Shown here in pieces: positions 1 to 12,394 of a DNA stretch of 64,000 nt. Origin of the DNA: an uncultured Candidatus Binatia bacterium (GTDB taxonomy: Bacteria; Desulfobacterota; Binatia; Bin18); assembly GCA_965200965.1 (NCBI GenBank), contig OZ241744.1, positions 2,848,001-2,912,000 on the forward strand. The letters run 5' to 3'. Numbering within the stretch: position 1 is the first letter of the stretch; each line of letters starts with the position of its first letter. The translations under genes and the position numbers were made by a program. The notes beneath the pieces were generated by a model. That model had not been told where the DNA came from, made no database searches, and saw nothing but the letters and a program-made list of their open reading frames with translations.

Positions 1-375
1 ATCGACATTCAGATTGAGGTCCCGGCCGTGGCCTACAAAGAGCTGAGCGAAGAGCAAACGGCTGAGGACTCGGCTACGCTGCGGGGGCGGGTGAACCGCG
101 CCCGACAGGTCCAGCTCGGGCGCTTTGCCGGGCGACGGGTGTTCTGCAACGCCCATATGATCAGCCAGGACATCGGCCAGGTCTGTCAGCCCGACGAGGC
201 CGGCGGAACGCTGCTGGAGAGCGCCATGACCCGGCTCGGGCTGAGCGCCCGGGCCTATACCCGGATTCTGAAAGTCGCCCGGACGATTGCCGACCTGGCC
301 GACGAGGACCACATCGGCGGGGCGCACATTGCCGAAGCGATTCAGTACCGGGCACTTGACCGCAAGTTGGGCTGA
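1..375 (+). CDS. comM: YifB/ComM family Mg-chelatase-like AAA+ ATPase, C-terminal part (5' end outside window)
   Basis: IDIQIEVPAV...LSARAYTRILKVARTIADL...HIAEAIQYR is the conserved ComM/YifB C-terminus. Confidence 0.9.
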   Translation: MDIQIEVPAVAYKELSEEQTAEDSATLRGRVNRARQVQLGRFAGRRVFCNAHMISQDIGQVCQPDEAGGTLLESAMTRLGLSARAYTRILKVARTIADLADEDHIGGAHIAEAIQYRALDRKLG

Positions 376-406
376 GGGACGGCAGGGGTCGCGCCGATAT
401 ACAAGC

Positions 407-826
407 GTGCTGATTGAGATTGACACCGTCAGGCGGCGACAGGCCGAGATTGAGGCCGAGTTGACCAGCCTGCGCGCGACCACGCGGGCCGCTGAAACAC
501 CAGGTGCCCGGCTGGAAGTACTCAAGGCCCGGGCCGATGTGCTGCGCACCCTGTCCCTGGTTCATGCCCGGCTCGCCCGGGGGGAGCCGGAGAATCTGGC
601 CCGGCTGGCCGACTACCGCCCCCCGGACAGCGAGCGGCTGTATGTCTTTGTCGTGGCGCGTCCTGCTGGAGGTCTCGCTGGTGGCCGGGCCGAGCGCTTC
701 GCCACTCTCAGCCCGGAATTTGCTCAGCACCTTTTGTGTCTATCCGCAACGGGTCGGCAGCAGCGCGTTTGTGTTTCGCAGCTTTCCTGTCTGGCTGCCC
801 GAGACCGTATCAGCCGAGTGTGTTGA
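407..826 (+). CDS. hypothetical protein with coiled-coil-like N-terminus, possibly frameshifted (an alternative frame runs to 956)
   Basis: GTG start after comM; amphipathic stretch RRRQAEIEAELTSLR; no recognised family. Confidence 0.3.
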   Translation: MLIEIDTVRRRQAEIEAELTSLRATTRAAETPGARLEVLKARADVLRTLSLVHARLARGEPENLARLADYRPPDSERLYVFVVARPAGGLAGGRAERFATLSPEFAQHLLCLSATGRQQRVCVSQLSCLAARDRISRVC

Positions 827-1032
827 GGAGGCCGTATGCCGGTTTTTCCGGGAGAATTTTCCGATACCCGGCGGCCCTGGTGTAGGATCATCCCAATTTT
901 CATCGCGTCGCCGAACTCATGCGGCTGGGCTGGTGGGAGAGGCTGCATGTGCATAAAGCCGGAAAGGAGCCGGAGCCTCACCGAGACTCCGGCTTTGGAC
1001 GCCGCTGAGTTGTCCGGGGCCGGACCGAGACG

Positions 1033-2328
1033 CTAGGCGGCCTTGAGATCAGGCACGACGGGGTCGCGTTTGCCCGAGGCCGGCAGCGGGCGGGTACCGG
1101 GCTGCTGTTCAAACGGACCGGGCAGGTTGAACTCTTTGGCCATCTCGCGCATGGCCGGCAGGACTTCTTCACCCAAGAGCCGCAGGCAGGTCTTGCGCTC
1201 CTCAAAGGTCATCGGGCCGTGGTGGTACCAGATGCCGAAGATCCCCGGCCGGAGCTGTTCAAGCATATGCCGGAGCTTGGCAATGACGGTCTTGGGCGTG
1301 CCGGCGATAATCAGGCCGGCCTCTTTGGCGTTCTTGTAGTTCTCGTCAATGCTGTCCAACACTTCCTGGACGTTGATGTTGCCCTCGGTCTGGCGGATGA
1401 TTTCGGTTCCGGTCCGTGGGTCGGTCAGGGCTGCGGCCAGCCGCTTGGTGGCTGCTTTGGAGTTGTAGCCCGGCGGGAACATCCACTCGGGCCGGGCAAA
1501 CGAGCCAAACCCGCCGCCGTACACAAAGCCGCGGCCCAAGCGTTCGGCCTCTTCCTCGGTCTCAGCCACCACCACATTCTGGAGATAGCCGAAGTTCTCC
1601 GGTCCGGCCTGATAGCCCTCCCGCTCGGCCACATCGGCGTACAGGTTGACCATCTCAATGGTCGGCTCCAGGTTGGTGCCCAGCGCAACATAGGGGTAGC
1701 GGTGCTGGGCCGACCACACCACGGTTTCGGGGCTGACAAGGCCGGGAATCCACTGCTGGGGCACCGGCTTCTGGACCGGCAACTGCCAGGGGTTGACGAA
1801 ACGATAGTGAAAATGCTTGCCCTCGTAGCGCCACGGGCCGGGCCTGGTCCAGGCCTGGTTGATGAAGTCGTGGGCTTCGTTGAAGCGCTCGCGGTTGTGG
1901 GCCGGGTTGATGTTGTTGGCGAGCTGCTCACTGCCCGCGCCGCGCACCCAGCCGGGCACGAGCCGCCCGCCCGAGATCATGTCGATGGTGGCCAACTCTT
2001 CGGCCAGCCGCAGCGGGTCGCCCACCGGCAGGGGGTTGCCGAGCAGGACGATTTTGACCCGGTTGGTGATCCGGGCCAGAATTGAGGCTTCAACGTCCAT
2101 CACCCCGCCGCCGCAGAACGGGGTCTGGTGGTGTTCGTTGAGCATCACCCCGTCAAAGCCCAACTCTTCGGCGTAGACCCGCTCGTCGAGGTACTCGTTC
2201 ATGAGTTGGCCGCCGCGTTGGGCGTCAAACGCCGTGTTGGGGATGCCGAAATAGCTTGGACCATTTTCGATGATGGCCTTTTCCGGGACATCGATATATT
2301 CCCGTTCCGAGAAAGACATGATGTGCAT
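1033..2328 (-). CDS. LLM class flavin-dependent monooxygenase
   Basis: AEELGFDGVMLNEHH, RLAEELATIDMISGGR, WQLPVQKP motifs; AGGAGG RBS. Confidence 0.92.
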   Translation of the reverse strand: MHIMSFSEREYIDVPEKAIIENGPSYFGIPNTAFDAQRGGQLMNEYLDERVYAEELGFDGVMLNEHHQTPFCGGGVMDVEASILARITNRVKIVLLGNPLPVGDPLRLAEELATIDMISGGRLVPGWVRGAGSEQLANNINPAHNRERFNEAHDFINQAWTRPGPWRYEGKHFHYRFVNPWQLPVQKPVPQQWIPGLVSPETVVWSAQHRYPYVALGTNLEPTIEMVNLYADVAEREGYQAGPENFGYLQNVVVAETEEEAERLGRGFVYGGGFGSFARPEWMFPPGYNSKAATKRLAAALTDPRTGTEIIRQTEGNINVQEVLDSIDENYKNAKEAGLIIAGTPKTVIAKLRHMLEQLRPGIFGIWYHHGPMTFEERKTCLRLLGEEVLPAMREMAKEFNLPGPFEQQPGTRPLPASGKRDPVVPDLKAA

Positions 2329-2505
2329 ACTACTTCCTCCTTTGCTGTCTGACAGACATGGTTAGTAGCTCTTCCTTAGCACCAAATGGCCGGCGCGGCA
2401 ATGAGAGGCGGCCCGCACTTGAAGAAAAGGTTTAGCGCAAGTGAAACTGGCGGAGGACGCCCGCCACTTCGGGCACCACTTCGGGGTGTGCTGGCCCAAG
2501 GCCCG

Positions 2506-3087
2506 TCAGGCTTCCACCAGGGCGTCCAGCCGTCGGCGATTGTTACCGATGTCTTCCTCCAGGCTGCGGACGCTGCGCTCAAAGGGCCGCAGCATGGTCC
2601 GCCGGTCCCACAGGGCAAAGCCGAGAATGGCCGCGACCAGGGTACTGAAGGCGGCCAGCAGGGCCAGGGTGAGGTGGAACTGCCGGGCAAACTGCCCGGT
2701 CATCTCTTCCCGCAACTGCTGCATCTGTTGGCCGATGTCGGTGCGGAGTTGCTCGTTCTGCCGGTTCATATCTTCCCGGAGTTGCTCGTTCTGCCGGTTC
2801 ATATCTTCCCGGAGTTGCTGCATATCCGCACGGAGTTGCTCGTTCTGCCGGTTCATATCTTCCCGGAGTTGCTGCATATCCGCGCGGAGTTGCTCGTTCT
2901 GCCGGTTCATATCTTCCCGGAGTTGCTGCATATCCGCACGGAGTCCGCCCTGCCCCTCTTCAAGCCGTGCCAGCCGCTCGGCGATCTCCCGGTCAGGCAA
3001 GGCCGGCGTGGCCTCCACCGCCCCGGCCGGGTGAGGCAGGAGCAGCCCGGTCAGGAGGACGAGCCAGGCGACACGCAGCTTGCTCAT
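2506..3087 (-). CDS. signal peptide + coiled-coil repeat + TM protein, copy 3; C-terminally truncated by TTG>TGA
   Basis: LRADMQQLREDMNRQNEQ x3 plus an 11-aa partial unit, then a TM helix; paralog of 18770-19273; decayed tail continues to about 2432. Confidence 0.8.
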   Translation of the reverse strand: MSKLRVAWLVLLTGLLLPHPAGAVEATPALPDREIAERLARLEEGQGGLRADMQQLREDMNRQNEQLRADMQQLREDMNRQNEQLRADMQQLREDMNRQNEQLREDMNRQNEQLRTDIGQQMQQLREEMTGQFARQFHLTLALLAAFSTLVAAILGFALWDRRTMLRPFERSVRSLEEDIGNNRRRLDALVEA

Positions 3088-3093
3088 GGGGCT

Positions 3094-3122
3094 ATTCAAG
3101 GCCGGGCCAGCGGGAATGTCAA
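3094..3122 (-). promoter_or_regulatory. sigma70-like promoter, probably leaderless, of the coiled-coil gene
   Basis: TTGACA-17 nt-TTGAAT-6 nt-ATG with no SD; same at 12950-12978 and 19280-19308. Confidence 0.5.
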
Positions 3123-3164
3123 GCTGCGGGCAGAGCCTTGAGCGGGCGGGGCCGGCCAGCCCCG

Positions 3165-6100
3165 TTACTCAAGGTTCGTAATCACAAAGTTCTGGGAGGA
3201 TTGCTGCCAGTCCAGGGTGACGGTCTCGCCGGCCCGCGGAAAGTCGGCCACCACCGCTTGGCCGCTGGCCCCGCGGACGAACTCCTCGCCTAAGGTCGTC
3301 ACGATGAAGGTCGCCCGGCTGAACTCCACCCCATCGGCCAAGGCCCGGATGGTATGTTCGCCGTCACCGATCAGGTTCCAGTTGAACAGCAGCCCAAAGC
3401 CGTTGTTGCCGTCGTTGCCGCACGCCTCAGCCGTATCGGCCCGGCCCGTGCCAGAGGCCGCCGCCAGCCGGTGGATGGCGTTGATCTCAAGCTCGACCCT
3501 CCCGGCCTCACACACCCAGCCCGAGATCACGCTGATACCACTCTGGAAGGAGCCGCCGGCCGGGTTTTCCAGGACGCCGTTCTGCCCGGTCGGCGGCGAG
3601 ACAGCCACGGCGGCCGAGAGCGGGGCCAGCCTGAAGCTCTGGCTACCCTCTTGCCACACCAGCCGGACCTGCTCGCCCGGGGATGGAAAGTCGGGCACAC
3701 GGGTCTCGCCACTGGCCCCCCTGATGAACTCCTCGCCTAAGGTCGTCACGGTGAAGGTGGCCCGGTCAAACTCGACCCCGTCGGCCAAGGCCCGGATGGT
3801 ATGTTCGCCGTCACCGATCAGGTTCCAGTTGAACAGCAGCCCAAAGCCGTTGTTGCCGTCGTTGCCGCACGCCTCAGCCGTATCGGCCCGGCCGGTACCA
3901 GCGGCGGCTTCCAGGATATGCGTGCCGTCCACCTCTAAGGTGATCGCCCCCCTGGCGCACGTCCAGCCCGAGATCAGCCCAATGCCGCTCTGGGAGGAAT
4001 CCGGCTCGGGGTTCTCCAGGACCCCGACCAAGACGGTGACGGTGAAGGTGGCCCGGTCAAACTCGACCCCGTCGGCCAAGGCCCGGATGGTATGTTGGCC
4101 AGCACCGATCTCGTCCCAGTCAACCTGCAACGCAAAACCCACATCGGCCTGGCCCCCGCAGTTTCCGGCCGCATCGGCCCGGCTGGTGCGAGCGGCTGTT
4201 CCGATAGACATGCCGTCCACCTCCAAGGTGATCACCCCCTGGCTGCACGTCCAGCCCGAGATCCGCCCGGTGCCACCGTGCGAGGAACCCTGACCGGGGT
4301 TCTCCAGGACCCCGACCCCGTCCAAAGACTGGGGGGGAGGGGGAGTACCGCCCCCGCCACCGCCCCCGCGGCCGGTGTTATCTGGGGGGGTCTCCGGGGG
4401 AGTTTCCACCTGGGGGGGGGTCTCCGGCCGGGGAGGGTCTGGAGGGTCTGGGGGGGTCTCCGGCCGGGGTGGGACTTCGGTGAAGGACGGGAACCCGAAG
4501 ATATTGGCGCAGAGTTGACCGCTGGAGTGCTCTGAGGACAGGACGCGCCAAGTGGTTCCGGCCCGCCCGACGATCCGGGGGGCGGGGGCGTTACTCAGGT
4601 CGCCCAGCAGGGGCAAACACACCCGCACGGCTTGGCTAGGATTGAGGGGGACTACATTCCCCGCCGCATTCCGGAAAAGGATGTTGGCGAAGACGGGGAG
4701 CGTCCCGAAATCCAGCGGGGGGGTCGGACTGGCCACCACGGAGAAGGGGCGCGCGTTCGCGTGGCCCGGCGACAAGGCGGAAAAATACTCGACATCGGAG
4801 GTGAGGCCGGTGCCCGCCTCGGAGAGTGTGGCGGGCTGGTGTTTGTGAGCGGTGAAGCTGGCGGGCCAGTGATAGAGAGCCCACGCCGCCGGCGGGCGTT
4901 GGCGTTGAGCGGCCCGGTATGCCAGGCGGGTGAGGGTGTTATGGGCTTCCCCCGGGATAATGTTTCGGATGTTGAAGAGGGTGTGCTCGAGCCGCCCGCT
5001 CACATCAAACACGCTTCGGCCTGCTTGGCTGCCATTGATGCCATACTCGGAGGCATAGAGATCCAGCGTGCTGCTGCCGATGACCGTGTTCCAGGACCCG
5101 TCGACCGTGACGGTGTTACTCCCCCCGCTGCCATCAAGCCCCATCCTGATCCCAAAGCCTGCTCTGGTGATGTAATTGCGTGACAGCGTGGCGGCCACCT
5201 GACTGCGAGTCCCGGCACTGGTGGTGCTGGTGATATCAATCCCGGTGCCTGCGCCGGTGATGCGGTTGGCCGACAGCGTGGTGGCCAGGGTGCTTGTCGC
5301 CGTGTTGCGGAGAGAAGTCCGAAGGTACACGCCGGTCGCGCTGGTGGTGATCGTATTGTCGGCCACGATGAGGTCCACGCTACTCGTCGCCGTGCTGCTG
5401 AGGGTCTTGTGCAGGTACACGCCGGTCGCGTGGCTGCCGGGCGTCTGCGAGATATCATTCTCGCGGATGGTTACGGCGGCGCAGCCGGGGCCGCTGTCCA
5501 ACTCAATGGCGCGGGGCGTGGAAGTGGCTGTGGAAGAGGCGACCAGGACATTATCGGAGAGGGTGACCCGGGCAGTGAGCGGGCAGTTCGGGGAGGATGC
5601 GACGGCGATCCCCGCACCGGCGAAATTGACGATATCGAACCCCTGCACGGTGGCGGTGGGGGAGGAGATGTGCAGCACGCTACGCTCGGCAAGGGGGCGC
5701 GCTGAATCAGTGGGAAGCTGTGACCCATCAAGCGTCATATCGACAGGCCGCCCGGCTGGGTCCTGGGCGAGGAGCCGGGTGTTGCCAGCGAGCGGCAGCG
5801 GGCTGGTGGGTGTGATGGTGCCGCCGCTGAGAGTCGGGTCGAAGATGATCGCCGTTGGGGTCGAGGTGGCGTTGGCCAAGTTCAACAGATAGGGGAGGGA
5901 CCCCGGCGTAGCGGCATCATCGGTGAGGGTGGTGACGGTGGAGGTGGCCATGAACGGGGAGGAGGTGGCCGTAGACGGGGGGGGGCTGGGGGGCTGGCGC
6001 AGGCTGAAATCAGCGCAGATTTGACTGCCCGCCCGCTCCGAGGACAGGGCCCGCCACGACGCGCCGGCCCGCCCGACGATCCGGGGGGCGGGGGCGTCAC

Positions 6101-9100
6101 TCAGGTCGCCCAGCAGGGGCAAACACACCCGCACGGCTTGGCTAGGATCGAGGGGGACTACATTCCCCGCCGCATTCCGGAAAAGGATGTTGGCGAAGAC
6201 GGGGAGCGTCCCGAAATCCAGCGGGGGGGTCGGACTGGCCACCACGGAGAAGGGGCGCGCGTCCGCGTGGCCCGGCGACAAGGCGGAAAAATACTCGACA
6301 TCGGAGGTGAGGCCGGTGCCCGCCTCGGAGAGCGTGGCGGGCTGGTGTTTGTGAGCGGTGAAGCTGGCGGGCCAGTGATAGAGAGCCCACGCCGCCGGCG
6401 GGCGTTGGCGTTGAGCGGCCCGGTATGCCTGGCGGGTGAGGGCGTTATGGGCTTCCCCCGGGATAATGTTTCGGATGTTGAAAAGGGTATGCTCGAGCCG
6501 CCCGCTCACATCAAACCCGCTTCGGCCCCCTTGACTGCCATTGACGCCATACTCGGAGGCATAGAGATCCAGCGTGCTGCTGCCGATGACCGTGTTCCAG
6601 GACCCGTCGACCGTGACGGTGTTACTCCCCCCGCTGCCATCAAGCCCCATCCTGATCCCAAAGCCTGCTCTGGTGATGTAATTGCGTGACAGCGTGGCGG
6701 CCACCTGACTGCGAGTCCCGGCACTGGTGGTGCTGGTGATATCAATCCCGGTGCCTGCGCCGGTGATGCGGTTGGCCGACAGCGTGGTGGCCAGGGTGCT
6801 TGTCGCCGTGTTGCGGAGAGAAGTCCGAAGGTACACGCCGGTCGCGCTGGTGGTGATCGTATTGTCGGCCACGATGAGGTCCACGCTACTCGTCGCCGTG
6901 CTGCTGAGGGTCTTGTGCAGGTACACGCCGGTCGCGTGGCTGCCGGGCGTCTGCGAGATATCATTCTCGCGGATGGTTACGGCGGCGCAGCCGGGGCCGC
7001 TGTCCAACTCAATGGCGCGGGGCGTGGAAGTGGCTGTGGAAGAGGCGACCAGGACATTATCGGAGAGGGTGACCCGGGCAGTGAGCGGGCAGTTCGGGGA
7101 GGATGCGACGGCGATCCCCGCACCGGCGAAATTGACGATATCGAACCCCTGCACGGTGGCGGTGGGGGAGGAGATGTGCAGCACGCTACGCTCGGCAAGG
7201 GGGCGCGCTGAATCAGTGGGAAGCTGTGACCCATCAAGCGTCATATCGACAGGCCGCCCGGCTGGGTCCTGGGCGAGGAGCCGGGTGTTGCCAGCGAGCG
7301 GCAGCGGGCTGGTGGGTGTGATGGTGCCGCCGCTGAGAGTCGGGTCGAAGATGATCGCCGTTGGGGTCGAGGTGGCGTTGGCCAAGTTCAACAGATAGGG
7401 GAGGGACCCCGGCGTAGCGGCATCATCGGTGAGGGTGGTGACGGTGGAGGTGGCCATGAACGGGGAGGAGGTGGCCGTAGACGGGGGGGGGCTGGGGGGC
7501 TGGCGCAGGCTGAAATCAGCGCAGATTTGACTGCCCGCCCGCTCCGAGGACAGGGCCCGCCACGACGCGCCGGCCCGCCCGACGATCCGGGGGGCGGGGG
7601 CGTCACTCAGGTCGCCCAGCAGGGGCAAACACACCCGCACGGCTTGGCTAGGATCGAGGGGGACTACATTCCCCGCCGCATTCCGGAAAAGGATGTTGGC
7701 GAAGACGGGGAGCGTCCCGAAATCCAGCGGGGGGGTCGGACTGGCCACCACGGAGAAGGGGCGCGCGTCCGCGTGGCCCGGCGACAAGGCGGAAAAATAC
7801 TCGACATCGGAGGTGAGGCCGGTGCCCGCCTCGGAGAGCGTGGCGGGCTGGTGTTTGTGAGCGGTGAAGCTGGCGGGCCAGTGATAGAGAGCCCACGCCG
7901 CCGGCGGGCGTTGGCGTTGAGCGGCCCGGTATGCCTGGCGGGTGAGGGCGTTATGGGCTTCCCCCGGGATAATGTTTCGGATGTTGAAAAGGGTATGCTC
8001 GAGCCGCCCGCTCACATCAAACCCGCTTCGGCCCCCTTGACTGCCATTGACGCCATACTCGGAGGCATAGAGATCCAGCGTGCTGCTGCCGATGACCGTG
8101 TTCCAGGACCCGTCGACCGTGACGGTGTTACTCCCCCCGCTGCCATCAAGCCCCATCCTGATCCCAAAGCCTGCTCTGGTGATGTAATTGCGTGACAGCG
8201 TGGCGGCCACCTGACTGCGAGTCCCGGCACTGGTGGTGCTGGTGATATCAATCCCGGTGCCTGCGCCGGTGATGCGGTTGGCCGACAGCGTGGTGGCCAG
8301 GGTGCTTGTCGCCGTGTTGCGGAGAGAAGTCCGAAGGTACACGCCGGTCGCGCTGGTGGTGATCGTATTGTCGGCCACGATGAGGTCCACGCTACTCGTC
8401 GCCGTGCTGCTGAGGGTCTTGTGCAGGTACACGCCGGTCGCGTGGCTGCCGGGCGTCTGCGAGATATCATTCTCGCGGATGGTTACGGCGGCGCAGCCGG
8501 GGCCGCTGTCCAACTCAATGGCGCGGGGCGTGGAAGTGGCTGTGGAAGAGGCGACCAGGACATTATCGGAGAGGGTGACCCGGGCAGTGAGCGGGCAGTT
8601 CGGGGAGGATGCGACGGCGATCCCCGCACCGGCGAAATTGACGATATCGAACCCCTGCACGGTGGCGGTGGGGGAGGAGATGTGCAGCACGCTACGCTCG
8701 GCAAGGGGGCGCGCTGAATCAGTGGGAAGCTGTGACCCATCAAGCGTCATATCGACAGGCCGCCCGGCTGGGTCCTGGGCGAGGAGCCGGGTGTTGCCAG
8801 CGAGCGGCAGCGGGCTGGTGGGTGTGATGGTGCCGCCGCTGAGAGTCGGGTCGAAGATGATCGCCGTTGGGGTCGAGGTGGCGTTGGCCAAGTTCAACAG
8901 ATAGGGGAGGGACCCCGGCGTAGCGGCATCATCGGTGAGGGTGGTGACGGTGGAGGTGGCCATGAACGGGGAGGAGGTGGCCGTAGACGGGGGGGGGCTG
9001 GGGGGCTGGCGCAGGCTGAAATCAGCGCAGATTTGACTGCCCGCCCGCTCCGAGGACAGGGCCCGCCACGACGCGCCGGCCCGCCAGGCGATCCGCGGGG

Positions 9101-12100
9101 CGTCGGCGTCGGCCAGGTCGGCCGGCAGAGGCAGACACACCCGCACGGGATGGGTAACCCCGAGGGTGACCACTTCACCGGTAAACCGGCTCTGATCAGC
9201 GAGAATGAGTTTGACGGCGACAGGCATGGTCCCGAAGTCCGGCGGGGGGGTCGGACTGGCCACCACGGAAAAGGCGTGCTGGTTAGCGAAGATCTGGTTC
9301 GGCCCGAAGGTGATCTGATATTCCTGGCTAAGGGTTCCGCTGCGCCTGAGGAACGTGGCGGCCTGGTATCGGTGGACGGTGAAGCTGGCGGGGAACCGAT
9401 AGCGAGTCCAAGGGGGTGGAAAGCGCGGGGGGCGGACAGCGGCCCGGTATGCGGAACGGGTGAAGGGGCCGGGGGACTCCCCTACTGCAATGTTTCTGCT
9501 GTTGAAGAGGGTGTGCTCGAGCCGCCCGCTCACATCAAACCCGCTTCGGCCTGCCTGGCTGCCATTGACGCCATACTCGGAGGCATAGAGATCCAGCGTG
9601 CTGCTGCCGATGACCACATTGCCGGTCCCGTTGACCGTGACGGTGTTGCTCCCCTCGCTGCCGTCAAGATGAATCCTCATCCCAAAGTCGGCTCTGGTGA
9701 TGTAATTGCGTGACAGCGTGGCGGCCACCTGACTGCGAGTCCCGGCACTGGTGGTGCTGGTGATATCAATCCCGGTGCCTGCGCCGGTGATGCGGTTGGC
9801 CGACAGCGTGGTGGCCAGGGTGCTCGTCGCCGTGTCGCTGAGAGAGGTCCGAAGGTACACGCCGGTCGCGCTGGTGGTGATCGTATTGTCGGCCACGATG
9901 AGGTCCACGCTACTCGTCGCCGTGTTGCTGAGGGTCTTGTGCAGGTACACGCCGGTCGCGCGTCTGTCCGGCGTCTGTGAGATATCATTCTCGCGGATGG
10001 TTACGGCGGTGCAGCCGGGGCCGCTGTCCAACTCAATCGCGCGGGCCGTGGAAGTCGCTGTGGAAGAGGCAGAGGCGACCAGGACATTATCGGCGATCGT
10101 GACCCGGGCATTGACCGGGCAGTTCGGGGAGGATGCGACGGCGATCCCCACCTCGTCGAAGACGATATTGAATCCCGAAACGGTGGCGGTGGGGGAGGAG
10201 ATGGTCAGCACCCTACGCTCGGCAAGGGGGCGCTCTGAATCAACGGGATACGGAATGAGGGTGATATCGACGGCCATCCCGTCTGCATCCTGGGCGAGGA
10301 GCCGGGTGTTGCCAGCGAGCGGCAGTGGGCTGTTGGGCTGGATGGTGCCGCCGTCGAGGGCCGGGTCAAAGATGATCGCCGTTGGTGTGGATGTAGCGTT
10401 GGCCTGGTTCAACAGATAGGGGAGGGACCCCAGCGTATTGGCATTATCGGTGAGGGTGGTGACGGTGGAGGTGGCCATGGGGGGGGGTATGCTGAAGAGC
10501 GGGAACCCGCGGAAATCGGCGCAGATTTCACTGCCTGACCGAGCCGAGGGCAGGGTGCGCCAGACGGTTCCGTCCAGCCAGGCGAGCCGTGGGTTGGAAG
10601 CCGACAGGTCGGCCGGCACGGGCAAACACACCCGCACGGGGTGGGTCAGCCCGAGGGTGGCCATCCGCCAGTCTGCATCCCGGGGAATGAGTCTGGCGAC
10701 GACGGGGACGGTCCCGAAGTCCGTTGAGGTGGCCTGCCCGGACACCACGGACACGGCCCGCTCAACCGCCGCGCTCGGGGTAAACTGGACCGGGTCGGCC
10801 AGGACATAGGTTTCCCCAATGATGGTGACGGTTACGATCTCGGTCTCGCCGTACCGGGTCCGGCGTCCGCCTGTGATACCCGCGGGGGGGAGCCGGTCTA
10901 CCTGGTATCGATGGACGGTGAAGCTGTTGGCCCTCTCCCTCACGCCTGAAAGGTTTGCGGCGTTGAAGATGGTGTCCTCGATCTGCCCGTTTATCTCGTA
11001 ACCCCCCTCTGAGGCGAAGATATCCGTCCTGCTGCTGCCGATGACCGTGTTGCTGGAACCGCTGACCGTGGCTCCGCCGCTTCCCCCGCTGCCGCTAAAC
11101 GCAATCCTGATCCCATTGTTTGCTCCGGTGATGCGATTGAGCGACAGATTGGTGTTTGTCTCAGCGCTGGACCCATTATTGGTGGTGTCCAGCGAAATCC
11201 CATTGCTTGCTCCGGTGATGTGATTGGCCGTCAGCCGAGCGTCCACCCTGTTGCTACTGCTGTCGGTGATATTATCGATGATCCTGATCCCGTTTGTTGC
11301 TCTGGTGATGCGATTGACCTCCAGATCGACATCCACCCTGTTGCTACTCCCGCCGCTGAGGATGTTGGTCAACAAAATCGCCTGGCCCGGTGTGGTGATC
11401 GTATTGTCGGACACGAAGGCGGCCACGCTGCTACTCGCCGTGCTCTGGAGGATATGACCAATGTAAATGCCGGTCGAGTTGGTGGTGATCGTATTGTCGG
11501 ACACGAAGAGGTCCACGCTACTCGTCGCCATGTTGCGGAGGATCTTTTGCAGGTAAATGCCGTTCGCCAGGCCTCCCGGCGTCTGCGAGATATCATTCGC
11601 GCGGATGGTCACGGCGGTGCAGCCGGCACCATCGCCCACCTGAATCGCGTTGGCCGAGGAAGTGGCGACCAGGACATTATCGGAGATCGTGACCCGGGCA
11701 TTGGCCGGGCAGTTCGGGGAGGCTGAGACGAAGATCCCCGCGCCAGCGAAATTGACGATGTCGAACCCCTGCACGGTGGCGGTGGGGGAGGAGATGGTCA
11801 GCACACTACGCTCGGCAATGGGATGCGCTGAATCAGTGGGAAGCTGTGACCCATCGAGGGTCATATCAATGGACATCCCGGCTGCATCCTGGGCAAGGAG
11901 CCGGATGTTGGCAGCGAGCGGCAGCGGGCTGGCGGGCGTGAGGGTGCCGCCACTGAGGGCCGGGTTGAAGATGATCGCCGTTGGGGTCGAGGTGGCGTTG
12001 GCCCGGTTCAGCAGATAGCGGAGGGACCCCGGCGTACTGGCCTCATCGGTGAGGCTGGTGACGGTGGAGGTGGCTGTTTGTGCCCTGAGCGCGGGGGCGA

Positions 12101-12223
12101 GGGCCAGCAGCAGGCCGCACAGGAGCAGCAGGCCGACAAGTCGAGCGGAACGCATAGTCATCGTCACTATCTGTGATCTTGGGGGGGGGGGGGGGGGTAG
12201 GATTCCTGGCTGTTTGCAATCAT
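3165..12223 (-). CDS. giant secreted right-handed beta-helix repeat protein (5 modules of about 500 aa plus 3 C-terminal LENP..SG Ig-like domains); SD-led ATG out of frame across poly-C
   Basis: 3026-aa ORF; signal peptide RSARLVGLLLLCGLLLALAPALRA; CSLREA-like TVTSLTD..GSLRY; ITxNxI PbH1-like repeats; Pro/Gly linker. Confidence 0.85.
4558..9085. repeat. three near-identical tandem 1506-bp (502-aa) intragenic repeats
   Basis: identical shadow ORFs at 5221/6727/8233 (period 1506); only a few SNPs in the 3'-most copy. Confidence 0.95.
12181..12197. repeat. G17 homopolymer (C17 on coding strand), candidate phase-variation tract
   Basis: lies between SD-ATG (12223) and the signal-peptide coding sequence. 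Confidence 0.85.
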
Positions 12224-12253
12224 GGCTGCCTCCCTGAACCGGCATTGCAGGGT

Positions 12254-12282
12254 ATTTCAGTCTCCTGGTGTTTGTGTGTCAA
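12254..12282 (-). promoter_or_regulatory. sigma70 promoter of the 3026-aa gene with a degenerate -10
   Basis: TTGACA-17-TGAAAT; the paralogous promoter has TAAAAT. Confidence 0.6.
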
Positions 12283-12394
12283 AGCGGCCTTCCCTGATGA
12301 GAGGCGGCCCGCACTTGAAGAAAGCGCAAGTGAAACTGGCGGAGGACGCTCGCCACTTCGGGCACCACTTCGGGGTGTGCTGGCCCAAGGCCCG

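Noticed and set aside
1-1030. Island integrated in comM
   Set aside because: The comM C-terminus is intact and no integrase or att duplication is visible here
2740-2945. CRISPR-like or non-coding 54-bp repeats
   Set aside because: They are contiguous in-frame repeats encoding coiled-coil units
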